Origin: a virus | Taxonomy: Duplodnaviria > Caudoviricetes | DNA: 64,000 nucleotides | Strand: one strand, 5' to 3' | Virus record (IMG/VR): IMGVR_UViG_3300028048_003180 | Coordinates: 1-64,000 of that record | Shown here: positions 9,086 to 17,215 of the stretch, piece by piece | Position numbering within the stretch: position 1 is the stretch's first letter | Layout of the letters: every line of letters begins with the position of its first letter | Made by a program: the position numbers and the translations under genes | Notes under the pieces: model-generated | Database searches by the model: none | What the model was told of the DNA's origin: nothing | The model's input: only the letters and a program-made list of their open reading frames with translations

Positions 9086-9343
9086 ATGAAAAAGGTAAAT
9101 GAAAAGAAGGCTGTAAAGGCCGAGAAGAAGGTGTCTAAGAGCGAGACAAGACGCTCTGCCGTACAGAAGAAGCCAGCTGCAAAGGCTGCAAAGCCAGTAA
9201 AGAAGGCCATCAGTGAAGACGAAGCTGCATTCGACAAGTTCCTTGAAAAGTACGATCCAAACCTCGCAAAGAGATGTGGACGCAACAAGCTGTACGGATT
9301 GTACCTTGCCGGGATTAAGAGAGGCAAGGCAGCAAAAAAGTAA
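9086..9343 (+). CDS. Lys/Ala-rich basic protein
   Basis: RBS AGGAGGA; histone-H1-like KKPAAKAAK composition. Confidence 0.75.
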   Translation: MKKVNEKKAVKAEKKVSKSETRRSAVQKKPAAKAAKPVKKAISEDEAAFDKFLEKYDPNLAKRCGRNKLYGLYLAGIKRGKAAKK

Positions 9344-9449
9344 ATAACCGGAAGGTACGACATTCGGTTAAAATAGCCGCCGTGCAAGGGGCTGACTAAT
9401 TCCTGCCTTATGGGTTTAGGTGAAGGGTTAGCGAAACAGCAAGCACGGA

Positions 9450-9537
9450 AGCCTGCCGGGCGGAGGTTCATAGGAGTGCAGAGCAGTAAAGAAGGTGTTC
9501 TGCTGAACCGCGGGGGGTCCGAGTCCCTCCACAGGCT
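9450..9537 (+). ncRNA. tRNA-like element A (no canonical anticodon arm)
   Basis: AGCCTG/CAGGCT acceptor-like stem; GGGGGG-TCCGAGT-CCCTCC T-arm-like hairpin. Confidence 0.35.
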
Positions 9538-9544
9538 GAGACTT

Positions 9545-9710
9545 GGGGCTTGCAACGAGGTTGCGGAAAGTTGCTGAGGTTCACTACAGGATTTTTTCTA
9601 GAAAATTCGTTTATGTCGTGAAGACCGTTCTGGTTGATTGTTATGTATGGGCGAGTGTACATTAGCTCAGAAAACAATCCCCTACGTGGAGTTCGATTCT
9701 CCTAAGCCCC
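9545..9710 (+). ncRNA. tRNA/tmRNA-like element B (166 nt)
   Basis: GGGGCTT/AAGCCCC acceptor-like stem; GGAG-TTCGATT-CTCC T-arm. Confidence 0.45.
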
Positions 9711-9860
9711 TTCGTTCATTTTGCATGAACTAGAGAGAACTTACTTTCGGATTCCGTGTAACTCTTGAAATAAAAAAGACCGGAAAGACCCTCAAACCCA
9801 TTATGAGATAATAGTGGTGTAGAATTGCGAGCAATCCGTACCCATGCGTTAAATGGGGTT

Positions 9861-9944
9861 TGGAAGCATTTGGAATCCAAGGAAATCCAATTAAGGAAAA
9901 ATGAGCACCATTCTTGGGAGGGGTTCGATTCCCCTGGCTTCCCA
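9861..9944 (+). ncRNA. tRNA-like element C
   Basis: GGAAGC/GCTTCC stem; AGGGG-TTCGATT-CCCCT T-arm; ends in CCA. Confidence 0.45.
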
Positions 9945-9945
9945 T

Positions 9946-10030
9946 ACTGTGTCGGATGGCAAATCCAAGATAACATGCCGTTGGCATGATGTTGTTAACT
10001 CCCCTCCCACCCATCCGACACAGTTTTTTT
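9946..10030 (+). terminator. Long hairpin with T-tail closing the non-coding block
   Basis: Perfect 14-bp inverted repeat ACTGTGTCGGATGG/CCATCCGACACAGT running into T7. Confidence 0.55.
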
Positions 10031-10043
10031 AATGGGGGTTGCC

Positions 10044-10295
10044 ATGTCTGAAAACTGGATAATCCTTCTTGGCGTAATATGCGCCAGAAATTATGAAGAG
10101 TTTGACAGGGCTTATTCATTGCTGAAGAGGGGCAAGAAAGCACCAAAAAAAAGTTCCGTTGACCTGTGGAAGGTCATAAGCGGGCAGATGCCAAGCCTTA
10201 ATTCGGAAGCATTGAAAAGGCTTTACGAAAGGAAAGGAAAAACAAAAAAAAACAGGAGGCGTTGCAATGAACCTTACTCCACTCCAGTATTATAA
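10044..10295 (+). CDS. Hypothetical protein
   Basis: ORF in a co-directional early cluster. Confidence 0.55.
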   Translation: MSENWIILLGVICARNYEEFDRAYSLLKRGKKAPKKSSVDLWKVISGQMPSLNSEALKRLYERKGKTKKNRRRCNEPYSTPVL

Positions 10296-10497
10296 GCTGG
10301 GAAAGACGAACGCAAGGAAAATACTTGGGCACGTAGCCCCATTGTGTTCCCTTGCGTCAAAAGAACTTTCTGTTGAAAGGATAAGGCAAATCTGCGGGGA
10401 CATATACCTTGCCGTAGACGAGTTCTTGGAACAGGTTGAGAAGTTTGAGCAAAGGAATAAGAAGGCTAAGGATGAAAGAAAGAATGAAGAAGCATGA
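10267..10497 (+). CDS. Hypothetical protein
   Basis: RBS AGGAGG. Confidence 0.65.
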   Translation: MNLTPLQYYKLGKTNARKILGHVAPLCSLASKELSVERIRQICGDIYLAVDEFLEQVEKFEQRNKKAKDERKNEEA

Positions 10498-10921
10498 GTT
10501 GCCTGAAAGGATGGAATTTGCCCGCACTCATACACAGGCAGAGTTTTGCAGGCGTTTCAATATAAAAGGAAGTGGAGCCTCAAACTTTTACAGAAGGTAC
10601 GGAATCCCCAACACTAAAAGATTTTTCAAGGAGTATTCCTTTGAGGAGATTGCCGAGTACGCAGTCAATCACACCACGATTGAAATTGCAGAGCACTTCA
10701 ACGCTTCAGAACGCAACTGCTCAGCATTCCTTACAAGGTACAAGCTTCCATACATAAAAAGAAAAAGGGGCCGCCCGGACACAACAAAAGTGGACAGGAA
10801 CGAGATGATCCAGTTCTTGCACCAAAAATATACCTGCGCTGCGATAGGGACTGTCTTCGGACTAACAAGGGAGCGCGTAAGGCAGATTTGCGGAGTCCAG
10901 GAGGAAGATGATGAGCTTTGA
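10472..10921 (+). CDS. Multi-HTH protein with C-terminal sigma-70 region 4.2 motif
   Basis: IGTVFGLTRERVRQI matches the region 4.2 recognition helix. Confidence 0.65.
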   Translation: MKERMKKHELPERMEFARTHTQAEFCRRFNIKGSGASNFYRRYGIPNTKRFFKEYSFEEIAEYAVNHTTIEIAEHFNASERNCSAFLTRYKLPYIKRKRGRPDTTKVDRNEMIQFLHQKYTCAAIGTVFGLTRERVRQICGVQEEDDEL

Positions 10922-11120
10922 CAAGTGGCAGCCCTTTGACAAATTCCCGGAAAAGCTTGACGAGGAAGTCTACCTCACCAACGGCAAGGACATAACAAGG
11001 GTCAAGTATGACAGAAAAAAGAAAGCATGGTCGTATGCAACGGCACTGATGTGGAACGCTACGCACTGGTGCAAAAAAAAAGACTTCGAGGTAATTTTCC
11101 CCAAAAAGGAGGAAGTGTGA
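10908..11120 (+). CDS. DUF551-like small protein
   Basis: WQPFDKFP...ATHW pattern. Confidence 0.55.
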   Translation: MMSFDKWQPFDKFPEKLDEEVYLTNGKDITRVKYDRKKKAWSYATALMWNATHWCKKKDFEVIFPKKEEV

Positions 11121-11263
11121 TGGCAAAACCAATGACAGGTTACACGAAATGCCCTAAATGCGGGCTTACAATATATGTCTGGAAGGATGAAGGGACGTGC
11201 TACGTGTGCGGCAAGGTAAGGGTAATAAGGGGTGCTAAGAAGTCCTCCCCTAAAGAAAATTGA
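11120..11263 (+). CDS. Small zinc-ribbon protein
   Basis: CPKCG...CYVCG; RBS AGGAGG; TGATG overlap. Confidence 0.6.
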   Translation: MAKPMTGYTKCPKCGLTIYVWKDEGTCYVCGKVRVIRGAKKSSPKEN

Positions 11264-11274
11264 AGGAGGAGTTT

Positions 11275-11391
11275 ATGGACAAGATGATGTTTGCCCATTG
11301 GTATTACGAAGATATGGCTATCCCCTTGGCGGGACTAATAATATCTTTCTGTTTCATAATGGCAATCTTGATACATTGGAGATTCAAATAA
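11275..11391 (+). CDS. 38-aa single-TM protein (not in ORF track)
   Basis: RBS AAGGAGGA; IPLAGLIISFCFIMAILI hydrophobic stretch. Confidence 0.5.
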   Translation: MDKMMFAHWYYEDMAIPLAGLIISFCFIMAILIHWRFK

Positions 11392-11486
11392 TATGAAGAC
11401 AAAGATAAACAAGAAGCACCTTTTGGAAGTTTTGTTTGTGAACATAATGAACAATTTGAGCCACTAGATACAGGAGAGATAGAAAA

Positions 11487-11807
11487 ATGACAGATGAAGA
11501 AATGGCAGTAAATTGGATTCGTTCACAAGGTTGGAGTGAGGAGAATTTACCGAGCGATGAGTTTGGGCAGATGCTTAAAGCCTATCTTGCAGGATTTAAA
11601 GAAGGCAGACCAAAGTGGCACATATTAGCAGAAGAACCTAACACTCTTCCAAAAGAAGGACAAAAAGTAAGAGTTCTTACAGAAGAAGGAGAAATCGAAG
11701 AATCGACTCTTTTTTATGATACATATTACGAAGAATTAGCTTGGTCTAATATTGGGCTTCTCAAAGTCTTTGCTTGGTGTGAAATACCAGAATACACGGA
11801 GGAGTAA
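11487..11807 (+). CDS. DUF551-like protein
   Basis: KWH...LP...VFAWCEIP. Confidence 0.6.
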   Translation: MTDEEMAVNWIRSQGWSEENLPSDEFGQMLKAYLAGFKEGRPKWHILAEEPNTLPKEGQKVRVLTEEGEIEESTLFYDTYYEELAWSNIGLLKVFAWCEIPEYTEE

Positions 11808-11810
11808 ATT

Positions 11811-12170
11811 ATGTTTGGAACAAGACTTCAAAGAATATCACCGGATATTGAAGAAACTAGAAAACTAGCAGAAAAACTTTTAGGAAAAAGATACAAATGT
11901 CTTTATTCCTATTACATTGAGGATGTAAGTGATGATGTATGTGCTTTTGAGTTAGGAAGCAGCAAGCGAAAACCATTAAGATTGTTCTTGCAGAAAGATA
12001 ATACTTTTTCGACTGCGGCAGGTTTCTCAAGGAAAAAATTTAAGACGAAGTTTTTTGCAAAATTAAAATTACGAAAATATAAGAATTGTATTCTTGTGCA
12101 ACGAATATTGTATCACTCTGTAAAAAAAGATTTTGAGGATTTTGTAGAAGAACTGAGGGTAATTGATTAA
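11811..12170 (+). CDS. Hypothetical protein (AT-rich)
   Basis: RBS GGAGGAG. Confidence 0.6.
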   Translation: MFGTRLQRISPDIEETRKLAEKLLGKRYKCLYSYYIEDVSDDVCAFELGSSKRKPLRLFLQKDNTFSTAAGFSRKKFKTKFFAKLKLRKYKNCILVQRILYHSVKKDFEDFVEELRVID

Positions 12171-12183
12171 CAAGGAGTAAATC

Positions 12184-12573
12184 ATGTTTGAGAAAGAAGC
12201 AGAAGAAAGAGCAAGAAAGCTTGAGGAAAGCCAAACTTTAGGTGTTTATGATAATGACGAAGATTATGCACGAGATAGCGGTTGGAACGATGGTGAAGTA
12301 GCAGGATATGAAGAAGGATTTATAGACGGTGCAGAGTTCGGTTATAACAAGGCGAACGAATGGCATTATCCGTCAAAGGGTGAACTTCCAAAAGACGGAG
12401 AAACCGTTTTCGTATGTAGGGATGATATGCAGATATGGACTGGAAATAGGCATTCAAAAAGAGAAAATTCTTATTTTTGGTATATACATAATCTGCATGG
12501 AGTCCTGTATAAAGATAGTGATATTTATGCTTGGAAAGAAATTGTGCCTCCAAAGGAGATAGAAAATGCGTGA
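12184..12573 (+). CDS. DUF551-like protein
   Basis: EWHYPSKGELP...YAWKEI. Confidence 0.6.
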   Translation: MFEKEAEERARKLEESQTLGVYDNDEDYARDSGWNDGEVAGYEEGFIDGAEFGYNKANEWHYPSKGELPKDGETVFVCRDDMQIWTGNRHSKRENSYFWYIHNLHGVLYKDSDIYAWKEIVPPKEIENA

Positions 12574-12859
12574 GTTTACACCAGAAGAAAAGGAACTGAT
12601 TGTCAATACAGAAATTACACCAGATTGTTTTGAAAAGTGGGAAGATTATCACTATGAAGAAATCGAACTTAAACATTTTCCGCACCCACATATTGAAGGG
12701 CAATTTTGTACGATAGCTTTATATCCTACATCTTGCTTTGAAAGTATGGCAAGAGATTGTGAAGCAGTCAGAAGAAAATATCTTCAAACAAAAAACGAGC
12801 ATTATTTTGATATTCTTGTCCGCTTGCTTCCTAACTCATACAAGGTGGTGAAACTATGA
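12566..12859 (+). CDS. Hypothetical protein
   Basis: RBS AAGGAG; coupled to both neighbours. Confidence 0.6.
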   Translation: MREFTPEEKELIVNTEITPDCFEKWEDYHYEEIELKHFPHPHIEGQFCTIALYPTSCFESMARDCEAVRRKYLQTKNEHYFDILVRLLPNSYKVVKL

Positions 12860-13029
12860 AATATTTAATATGGTTTTTACGTAGATTGTTCTGTAAGCGC
12901 GAATATAAAATTTGCCTTTATTTCCCAGAGGTAGGAAACATTACATGGAAAGCTCCCTGCCAAGATTGTTTTTTTAATACACTTGTTCAATGTGAAAAGT
13001 GTGGTAGATGCAAGGTGGCGAAACTATGA
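12856..13029 (+). CDS. Small Cys-rich protein (not in ORF track)
   Basis: ATGA overlaps at both ends; CQDC...CEKCG. Confidence 0.5.
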   Translation: MKYLIWFLRRLFCKREYKICLYFPEVGNITWKAPCQDCFFNTLVQCEKCGRCKVAKL

Positions 13030-13241
13030 CAGAAAAAGAAAAGAAAGATTATAACTATGTTATTGACCAACTTTGTGAAGCCCGAGAAATTATAGCTATT
13101 ATGATTTTTGAATATGAAAGTCGGAAAGGGCATTCATATTCTACAGTGATGAAAGGGAAAGAATTGCTGCGCAAAGGGGTGTTCAGTGATAACTTATCGA
13201 ATAGTTGGGCGAGAAAATCCCTTCCTTTAGGTAAGGGATAA
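13026..13241 (+). CDS. Hypothetical protein; C-terminus extended into the IS left end
   Basis: Removing the IS gives the ending FSDNL-stop. Confidence 0.55.
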   Translation: MTEKEKKDYNYVIDQLCEAREIIAIMIFEYESRKGHSYSTVMKGKELLRKGVFSDNLSNSWARKSLPLGKG

Positions 13242-14568
13242 ATCGCCCGTGGTTAATTAGGTTATTAAGGAGTTAAGTTATAACGATGAAGAATCTGGTG
13301 TTGAAAGTGAGAATATATCCGACTCAAGAACAGGCAGTCTTAATCAACAAGACATTAGGCTGTTGTCGTCAGGTATACAATATAATGCTCGCCTCACGCT
13401 TAGACTTCTACGACAGGAATATAAAGGACAGGGAGCTTACCAGGCAGGAGAAAACTGCAATCTATAAGTCATACAAAGCGCCTACAGAAAAAGAGCTGAA
13501 ACAGCAGTATGAGTACATGAAAGAGGTAAGTGCGGTTGCATTGCAGCAGTCTAGGCGTGACCAAGAAGGCGCATTTCAAAAATTCTTCAAAGGCCTTGCA
13601 AAGTTCCCGAAGTTCCACTCGAAGAAACAGAAGAATTCATTCAGGGAATTGAATTGCAAGTTCTTTTGGAACGCAAGAAGAATAACTCTTCCAAAAATTG
13701 GTGAGGTAAGGTTCAGGAATAGGGAACTTCCTAAGTGGCTCAGCGCAGATGATAAAGTCTGCAACATAACTGTAAGCAAGAATCCCAGCGGCCAGTATTA
13801 CGCAAGCATACTTTTTGAGGTGGCAGAGCAGCCTAAGCTTAAAAGCGAAAACCAAGCAGTAGGCTTAGACTTCTCTCCAGCTGATATGTATGTTTCGTCA
13901 TGCGGAACGACCGGAAAGGATTTTGGATATATACCGCAGAAGCAGGCACACCTTAAACAGCTTAGGAAGCTGGAAAGGCGGCTTGCAAGAAAGCAGAAAG
14001 GCTCAGGAAACCGTGAGAAGGCAAGGATTAAGGTTGCCAGGATGGAGCAGCATATCGCCGACTCAAGAAAAGACTGGATTGAGAAAGAATCTCTCAGGCT
14101 TGTCAGAAACTACAATGTCATAGGCATTGAGGATTTGACTACAAGGGGTCTTTTGAAGGCAAGCAGGAACGCAAGAAACTATGTTGACACGTCTTGGGGA
14201 ACATTTACAACGAGGCTTGAGGAGAAAGCAAAGCGTTACGGTTGTTCAGTCGTGAGGTCCGACAGGTTCTTTCCGAGTTCCAAACTCTGTCATATCTGCG
14301 GGTATAAAAAGACGGACTTGACGCTTTCAATGCGCCACTGGACATGCCCTGTATGTCATACGGAGCATAACCGTGACTTGAATGCGGCAATCAACCTGAA
14401 GAATAACGCGATTAAGATACTCAGGGAAGCTGAGGAATTTAGGTCTGCGGAGGGCGTTGAAGGATTGGTCAAGCAGGTTTTGGCTGAGTCTGGAGCGTCC
14501 GTTGAAACAGAAAGAGAAGTTTCGTGAGAACTCTCAAGATCCCCCTGCTTCAGCTGGGGGTACTTCAA
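13198..14568 (+). mobile_element. IS200/IS605-family tnpB-only element, copy 2
   Basis: TTAT 5' of left end; hairpin GGGCGA...ATCCCTT...AAGGGAT...TCGCCC; right end CCCCCTGCTTCAGCTGGGGGTACTTCAA. Confidence 0.85.
13286..14527 (+). CDS. tnpB: TnpB RNA-guided endonuclease
   Basis: KVRIYP; RuvC GLDF / IEDL / NRDLNAA; zinc finger. Confidence 0.95.
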   Translation: MKNLVLKVRIYPTQEQAVLINKTLGCCRQVYNIMLASRLDFYDRNIKDRELTRQEKTAIYKSYKAPTEKELKQQYEYMKEVSAVALQQSRRDQEGAFQKFFKGLAKFPKFHSKKQKNSFRELNCKFFWNARRITLPKIGEVRFRNRELPKWLSADDKVCNITVSKNPSGQYYASILFEVAEQPKLKSENQAVGLDFSPADMYVSSCGTTGKDFGYIPQKQAHLKQLRKLERRLARKQKGSGNREKARIKVARMEQHIADSRKDWIEKESLRLVRNYNVIGIEDLTTRGLLKASRNARNYVDTSWGTFTTRLEEKAKRYGCSVVRSDRFFPSSKLCHICGYKKTDLTLSMRHWTCPVCHTEHNRDLNAAINLKNNAIKILREAEEFRSAEGVEGLVKQVLAESGASVETEREVS

Positions 14569-14598
14569 GAGGACAGTTAAAGTGAGGACAGTTAAAGT
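14569..14598 (+). repeat. Perfect 15-bp tandem duplication abutting the IS right end
   Basis: GAGGACAGTTAAAGT x2. Confidence 0.95.
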
Positions 14599-14764
14599 AA
14601 GGGAAAAAGATTTTGAAGTAAATGAATATAGTTTGCGTGTGGAATGTCCGTACTGTAAAAACATATTTTATTTCTTTGTATATGAAAAATGGATTGACAA
14701 GGTGGATTGCTGTCCTAACTGCGGCAAGGAAATCTATGTAAAGAGCGAGGCTGAAAAACCATGA
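14582..14764 (+). CDS. Small zinc-ribbon protein
   Basis: CPYC...CPNCG; GTG start formed at the duplication junction. Confidence 0.65.
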   Translation: MRTVKVREKDFEVNEYSLRVECPYCKNIFYFFVYEKWIDKVDCCPNCGKEIYVKSEAEKP

Positions 14765-15006
14765 AAAAAGACGGAACTATTTATGTAAACGGAAAACCTT
14801 TGAAGGTTTCAGGTTCTTTGGATGTCACCGTTCAAAACTATGTTAAAATTCAAGACCCAAGAAAAGAGTTTAAGGAAAACCTTATAAACCATTTGGAAAA
14901 GGTTCAGTCCGAAAGCAGTACAATCTTGAGTACAAGGATTAAGCTGAACATCTCAAGGGAAGAGTTGGACTATATCGTATATTTATTAAGGAGAGAGCCA
15001 TTATGA
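14761..15006 (+). CDS. Hypothetical protein
   Basis: ATGA coupling. Confidence 0.6.
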   Translation: MKKDGTIYVNGKPLKVSGSLDVTVQNYVKIQDPRKEFKENLINHLEKVQSESSTILSTRIKLNISREELDYIVYLLRREPL

Positions 15007-15296
15007 TAACAATAGCAGTAAAAAAATCTTTTGACGAGGATTTGTATTTTGACGACAAATGGTACGTTCTTAAGGGGTGTATTACTGGGATAGTCAATCG
15101 CACTCCGCAGCATATTGACTGGCATAATCCTGACAATTCATACCCAGGTGAAGAAGATGTAGACGATAAGAGTGTCAGGACGGAGTTGGAATGTTTCGAG
15201 GTTGACGAGGACGGATATGAGAAAGAAATTCCAGTCCCTGATTTTGTACTGGACTATGCTATGGACCAGTTTTACACCAGCTACGAAGAAGAATAG
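15003..15296 (+). CDS. Acidic hypothetical protein
   Basis: ATGA coupling. Confidence 0.6.
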   Translation: MITIAVKKSFDEDLYFDDKWYVLKGCITGIVNRTPQHIDWHNPDNSYPGEEDVDDKSVRTELECFEVDEDGYEKEIPVPDFVLDYAMDQFYTSYEEE

Positions 15297-15300
15297 TTTC

Positions 15301-15335
15301 TTGCTTTGCTAAAAAAAAGACCATATCATTATCAT
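15301..15335 (+). promoter_or_regulatory. A-tract promoter of the lysis block
   Basis: TTGCTT-17-TATCAT or TTGCTA-18-TATCAT, with A8 run. Confidence 0.55.
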
Positions 15336-15368
15336 GTAGCAAAACTGGAAAACCGGAGGATTTGCTAT

Positions 15369-15812
15369 ATGATAATGAGTTACGCACAGCTCTTCTTCAA
15401 GAGTGCTGGCGGGACATCGTGCTATGCGGATTGCATTATCCGCCTTGCCTCAAGGATTACAAAAACAGAGCCTACACTCACCTACTACGCCAGCTGCTTC
15501 GAGAAAGGCATTGACGCTGGCTGCATAAGATTCAACAAGAAAAACTATCTGCAGGGGGACAATTTCTTCGTAGAAAAGCCTGCTGAATTCCTGTCCCTTC
15601 TTACTGGCAAAAGATTCACAGTAACACACGAGCCTGCATCCTACCGCTGCAAGGAAGGGGAATGGTACGTCAACTTCTGGGCAAAGACTGCCCAGCTTGG
15701 AAAGAACGGATCTGGACACTTCTGTCTTGACGACTATGACCCGTTGGACAAGTCTGCGACAAGGCTTAGCGGATTCGTATATTCCCGCCGCGTATTCCGC
15801 GAGGTAAAGTGA
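15369..15812 (+). CDS. Putative Cys-His peptidase-type endolysin (DUF261-like)
   Basis: SCY...GHF...YDPL; first gene of the membrane-protein cluster; RBS GGAGGA. Confidence 0.45.
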   Translation: MIMSYAQLFFKSAGGTSCYADCIIRLASRITKTEPTLTYYASCFEKGIDAGCIRFNKKNYLQGDNFFVEKPAEFLSLLTGKRFTVTHEPASYRCKEGEWYVNFWAKTAQLGKNGSGHFCLDDYDPLDKSATRLSGFVYSRRVFREVK

Positions 15813-15819
15813 GGTTTTG

Positions 15820-16200
15820 ATGTGGATGCGAATAAGATATGTTTTATTCTTTTTCTTTCCGGTTTTGCTGTCGGTTTTGCTGTCAGCGCAGGAATCGCAA
15901 TTTTCGTCTATATACGAAAGCTTAGACGTTATAGACAGGAGAACGGAGACCTTAGAAGACAGCTTGAATGCAGCAATAGAGAAATTGAACAGTACGGAAG
16001 CCAAATATCAGCAATCCGAAGAGACCTTGAAGGCTGTAAATCAGAGCTTGCAGCAGGCCTTGACAGCATCACAGGAATTAGAGACGCGAGCAAGGCAATC
16101 AGAGAGCAAGTTAAGATTCTGGAGAAATACGTCAGTGATACTGGGCGTGTCTACGGTAATCTCGGTGGGAACTCTGGTTCTGATACTTAAAAACAAGTGA
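15820..16200 (+). CDS. Spanin-like protein: signal peptide, coiled coil, C-terminal TM
   Basis: YVLFFFFPVLLSVLLSA signal; heptads; VILGVSTVISVGTLVLIL tail. Confidence 0.55.
   Translation: MWMRIRYVLFFFFPVLLSVLLSAQESQFSSIYESLDVIDRRTETLEDSLNAAIEKLNSTEAKYQQSEETLKAVNQSLQQALTASQELETRARQSESKLRFWRNTSVILGVSTVISVGTLVLILKNK
15822..16190 (+). CDS. Inner-spanin-like protein embedded in another frame
   Basis: N-terminal TM followed by coiled coil; lies wholly inside 15820-16200. Confidence 0.55.
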   Translation: MDANKICFILFLSGFAVGFAVSAGIAIFVYIRKLRRYRQENGDLRRQLECSNREIEQYGSQISAIRRDLEGCKSELAAGLDSITGIRDASKAIREQVKILEKYVSDTGRVYGNLGGNSGSDT

Positions 16201-16207
16201 GGTATGT

Positions 16208-16405
16208 ATGTACAGTATTTTAGTGAAGAGCGGGAACAATGCGTTCCAGTATGTAAAGGGGGAAGACGGCCAGCCTTTCAAGGGTGACGACATGGAAACA
16301 AAGGAAAAGGTTCGTGAGCTTATGGAAGACAAACCCATCGGAAACATCGTGGTCGTAAAGAACACCATCCTTACGGTTGACCTGACTATCGAAGACGAGG
16401 TTTAA
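16208..16405 (+). CDS. Hypothetical protein
   Basis: RBS GAGGT. Confidence 0.65.
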   Translation: MYSILVKSGNNAFQYVKGEDGQPFKGDDMETKEKVRELMEDKPIGNIVVVKNTILTVDLTIEDEV

Positions 16406-16406
16406 G

Positions 16407-16820
16407 ATGGAAGTATTGAAGCTGGTTATTTTCATTCTGGCTACGGCGGTCATGGAAGGAATGGTAATTGTATCACCGGAAGTGTCTCAGGACGTGGCCA
16501 TATTCTACGTGTCCATACTGTCCTCTTATCTTGGGCTGGACATTTGGGCAATGATACAGAAGACGGCTTCCCTTCCAAGCGGGGAGTTCAAGAGCATAAA
16601 CATACACCGTTACCTTGTAAGTGCGGGCAGCTATGTCGTGCTGCTTGGGACTGCCTTCTTTATGAAGGCAAAGTATGGGTATGACTACGGCACCATGTAT
16701 TCGACATTCGTTGCCGCACTGTTCCTAATGGCTACAATCCTGATAGGCGGACTTGAGGGAAACAAGATAGCAACAAACTATGAAAAGAAGGACGAAAAGC
16801 CTTCGGAGGAAACTTTATGA
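16407..16820 (+). CDS. Four-TM membrane protein, holin candidate
   Basis: Four hydrophobic segments and a charged C-tail. Confidence 0.55.
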   Translation: MEVLKLVIFILATAVMEGMVIVSPEVSQDVAIFYVSILSSYLGLDIWAMIQKTASLPSGEFKSINIHRYLVSAGSYVVLLGTAFFMKAKYGYDYGTMYSTFVAALFLMATILIGGLEGNKIATNYEKKDEKPSEETL

Positions 16821-17161
16821 GAAAGAACCTTCTCACAATCATCGGTATCGTAATTGTGGTTGCAGGTGCTGCCGTAAGCACTTTTGCAAAATTCCCGCTT
16901 GCTGACATTACAGGCCTTGCATCGGTAATGTTCGGAGCAGGCCTTGCCTGTGCTGCCACTTGGTCCAAAAGGGACAAGGAAAAGCCCGTGTGGATGAGTG
17001 TACTCTCCATCGTACTGGTAGCTGGGGGCGCATTTTTGCTTGGATTCTGCGGTTTTGCCGAGTCAACCATGACCACAATCATCACCAGCGTGGCAGGCCT
17101 TGTCGCAATCCTTCTGGGACTTCTTGCCCAGGGCATAGGCTTCAAGAACAAGGCAAGCTGA
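16817..17161 (+). CDS. Four-TM membrane protein, holin candidate
   Basis: Four hydrophobic segments and a basic C-tail; ATGA coupling region. Confidence 0.55.
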   Translation: MRKNLLTIIGIVIVVAGAAVSTFAKFPLADITGLASVMFGAGLACAATWSKRDKEKPVWMSVLSIVLVAGGAFLLGFCGFAESTMTTIITSVAGLVAILLGLLAQGIGFKNKAS

Positions 17162-17179
17162 CAAAAGCCTTCTATTTTT

Positions 17180-17215
17180 GAGGGGGTGCCCTTTTCGGGT
17201 ACCCTCTTTTTTTTT
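17180..17215 (+). terminator. Intrinsic terminator after the lysis block
   Basis: GAGGGGGTGCCC...GGGTACCCTC plus T-run. Confidence 0.75.

Noticed and set aside
9344-10030. Canonical tRNA genes or full tmRNA
   Set aside because: No D-arm/anticodon arm could be folded and the units are far shorter than tmRNA; kept only as tRNA-like
8956-10146. Minus-strand ORFs 8956-9555, 9716-9976, 9730-10146
   Set aside because: Antisense to real genes or structured RNA, no clear RBS, unprotein-like composition
12566-12859. Thymidylate synthase ThyX fragment
   Set aside because: Only a short LVRLLPNSY resemblance; the RHR signature is absent
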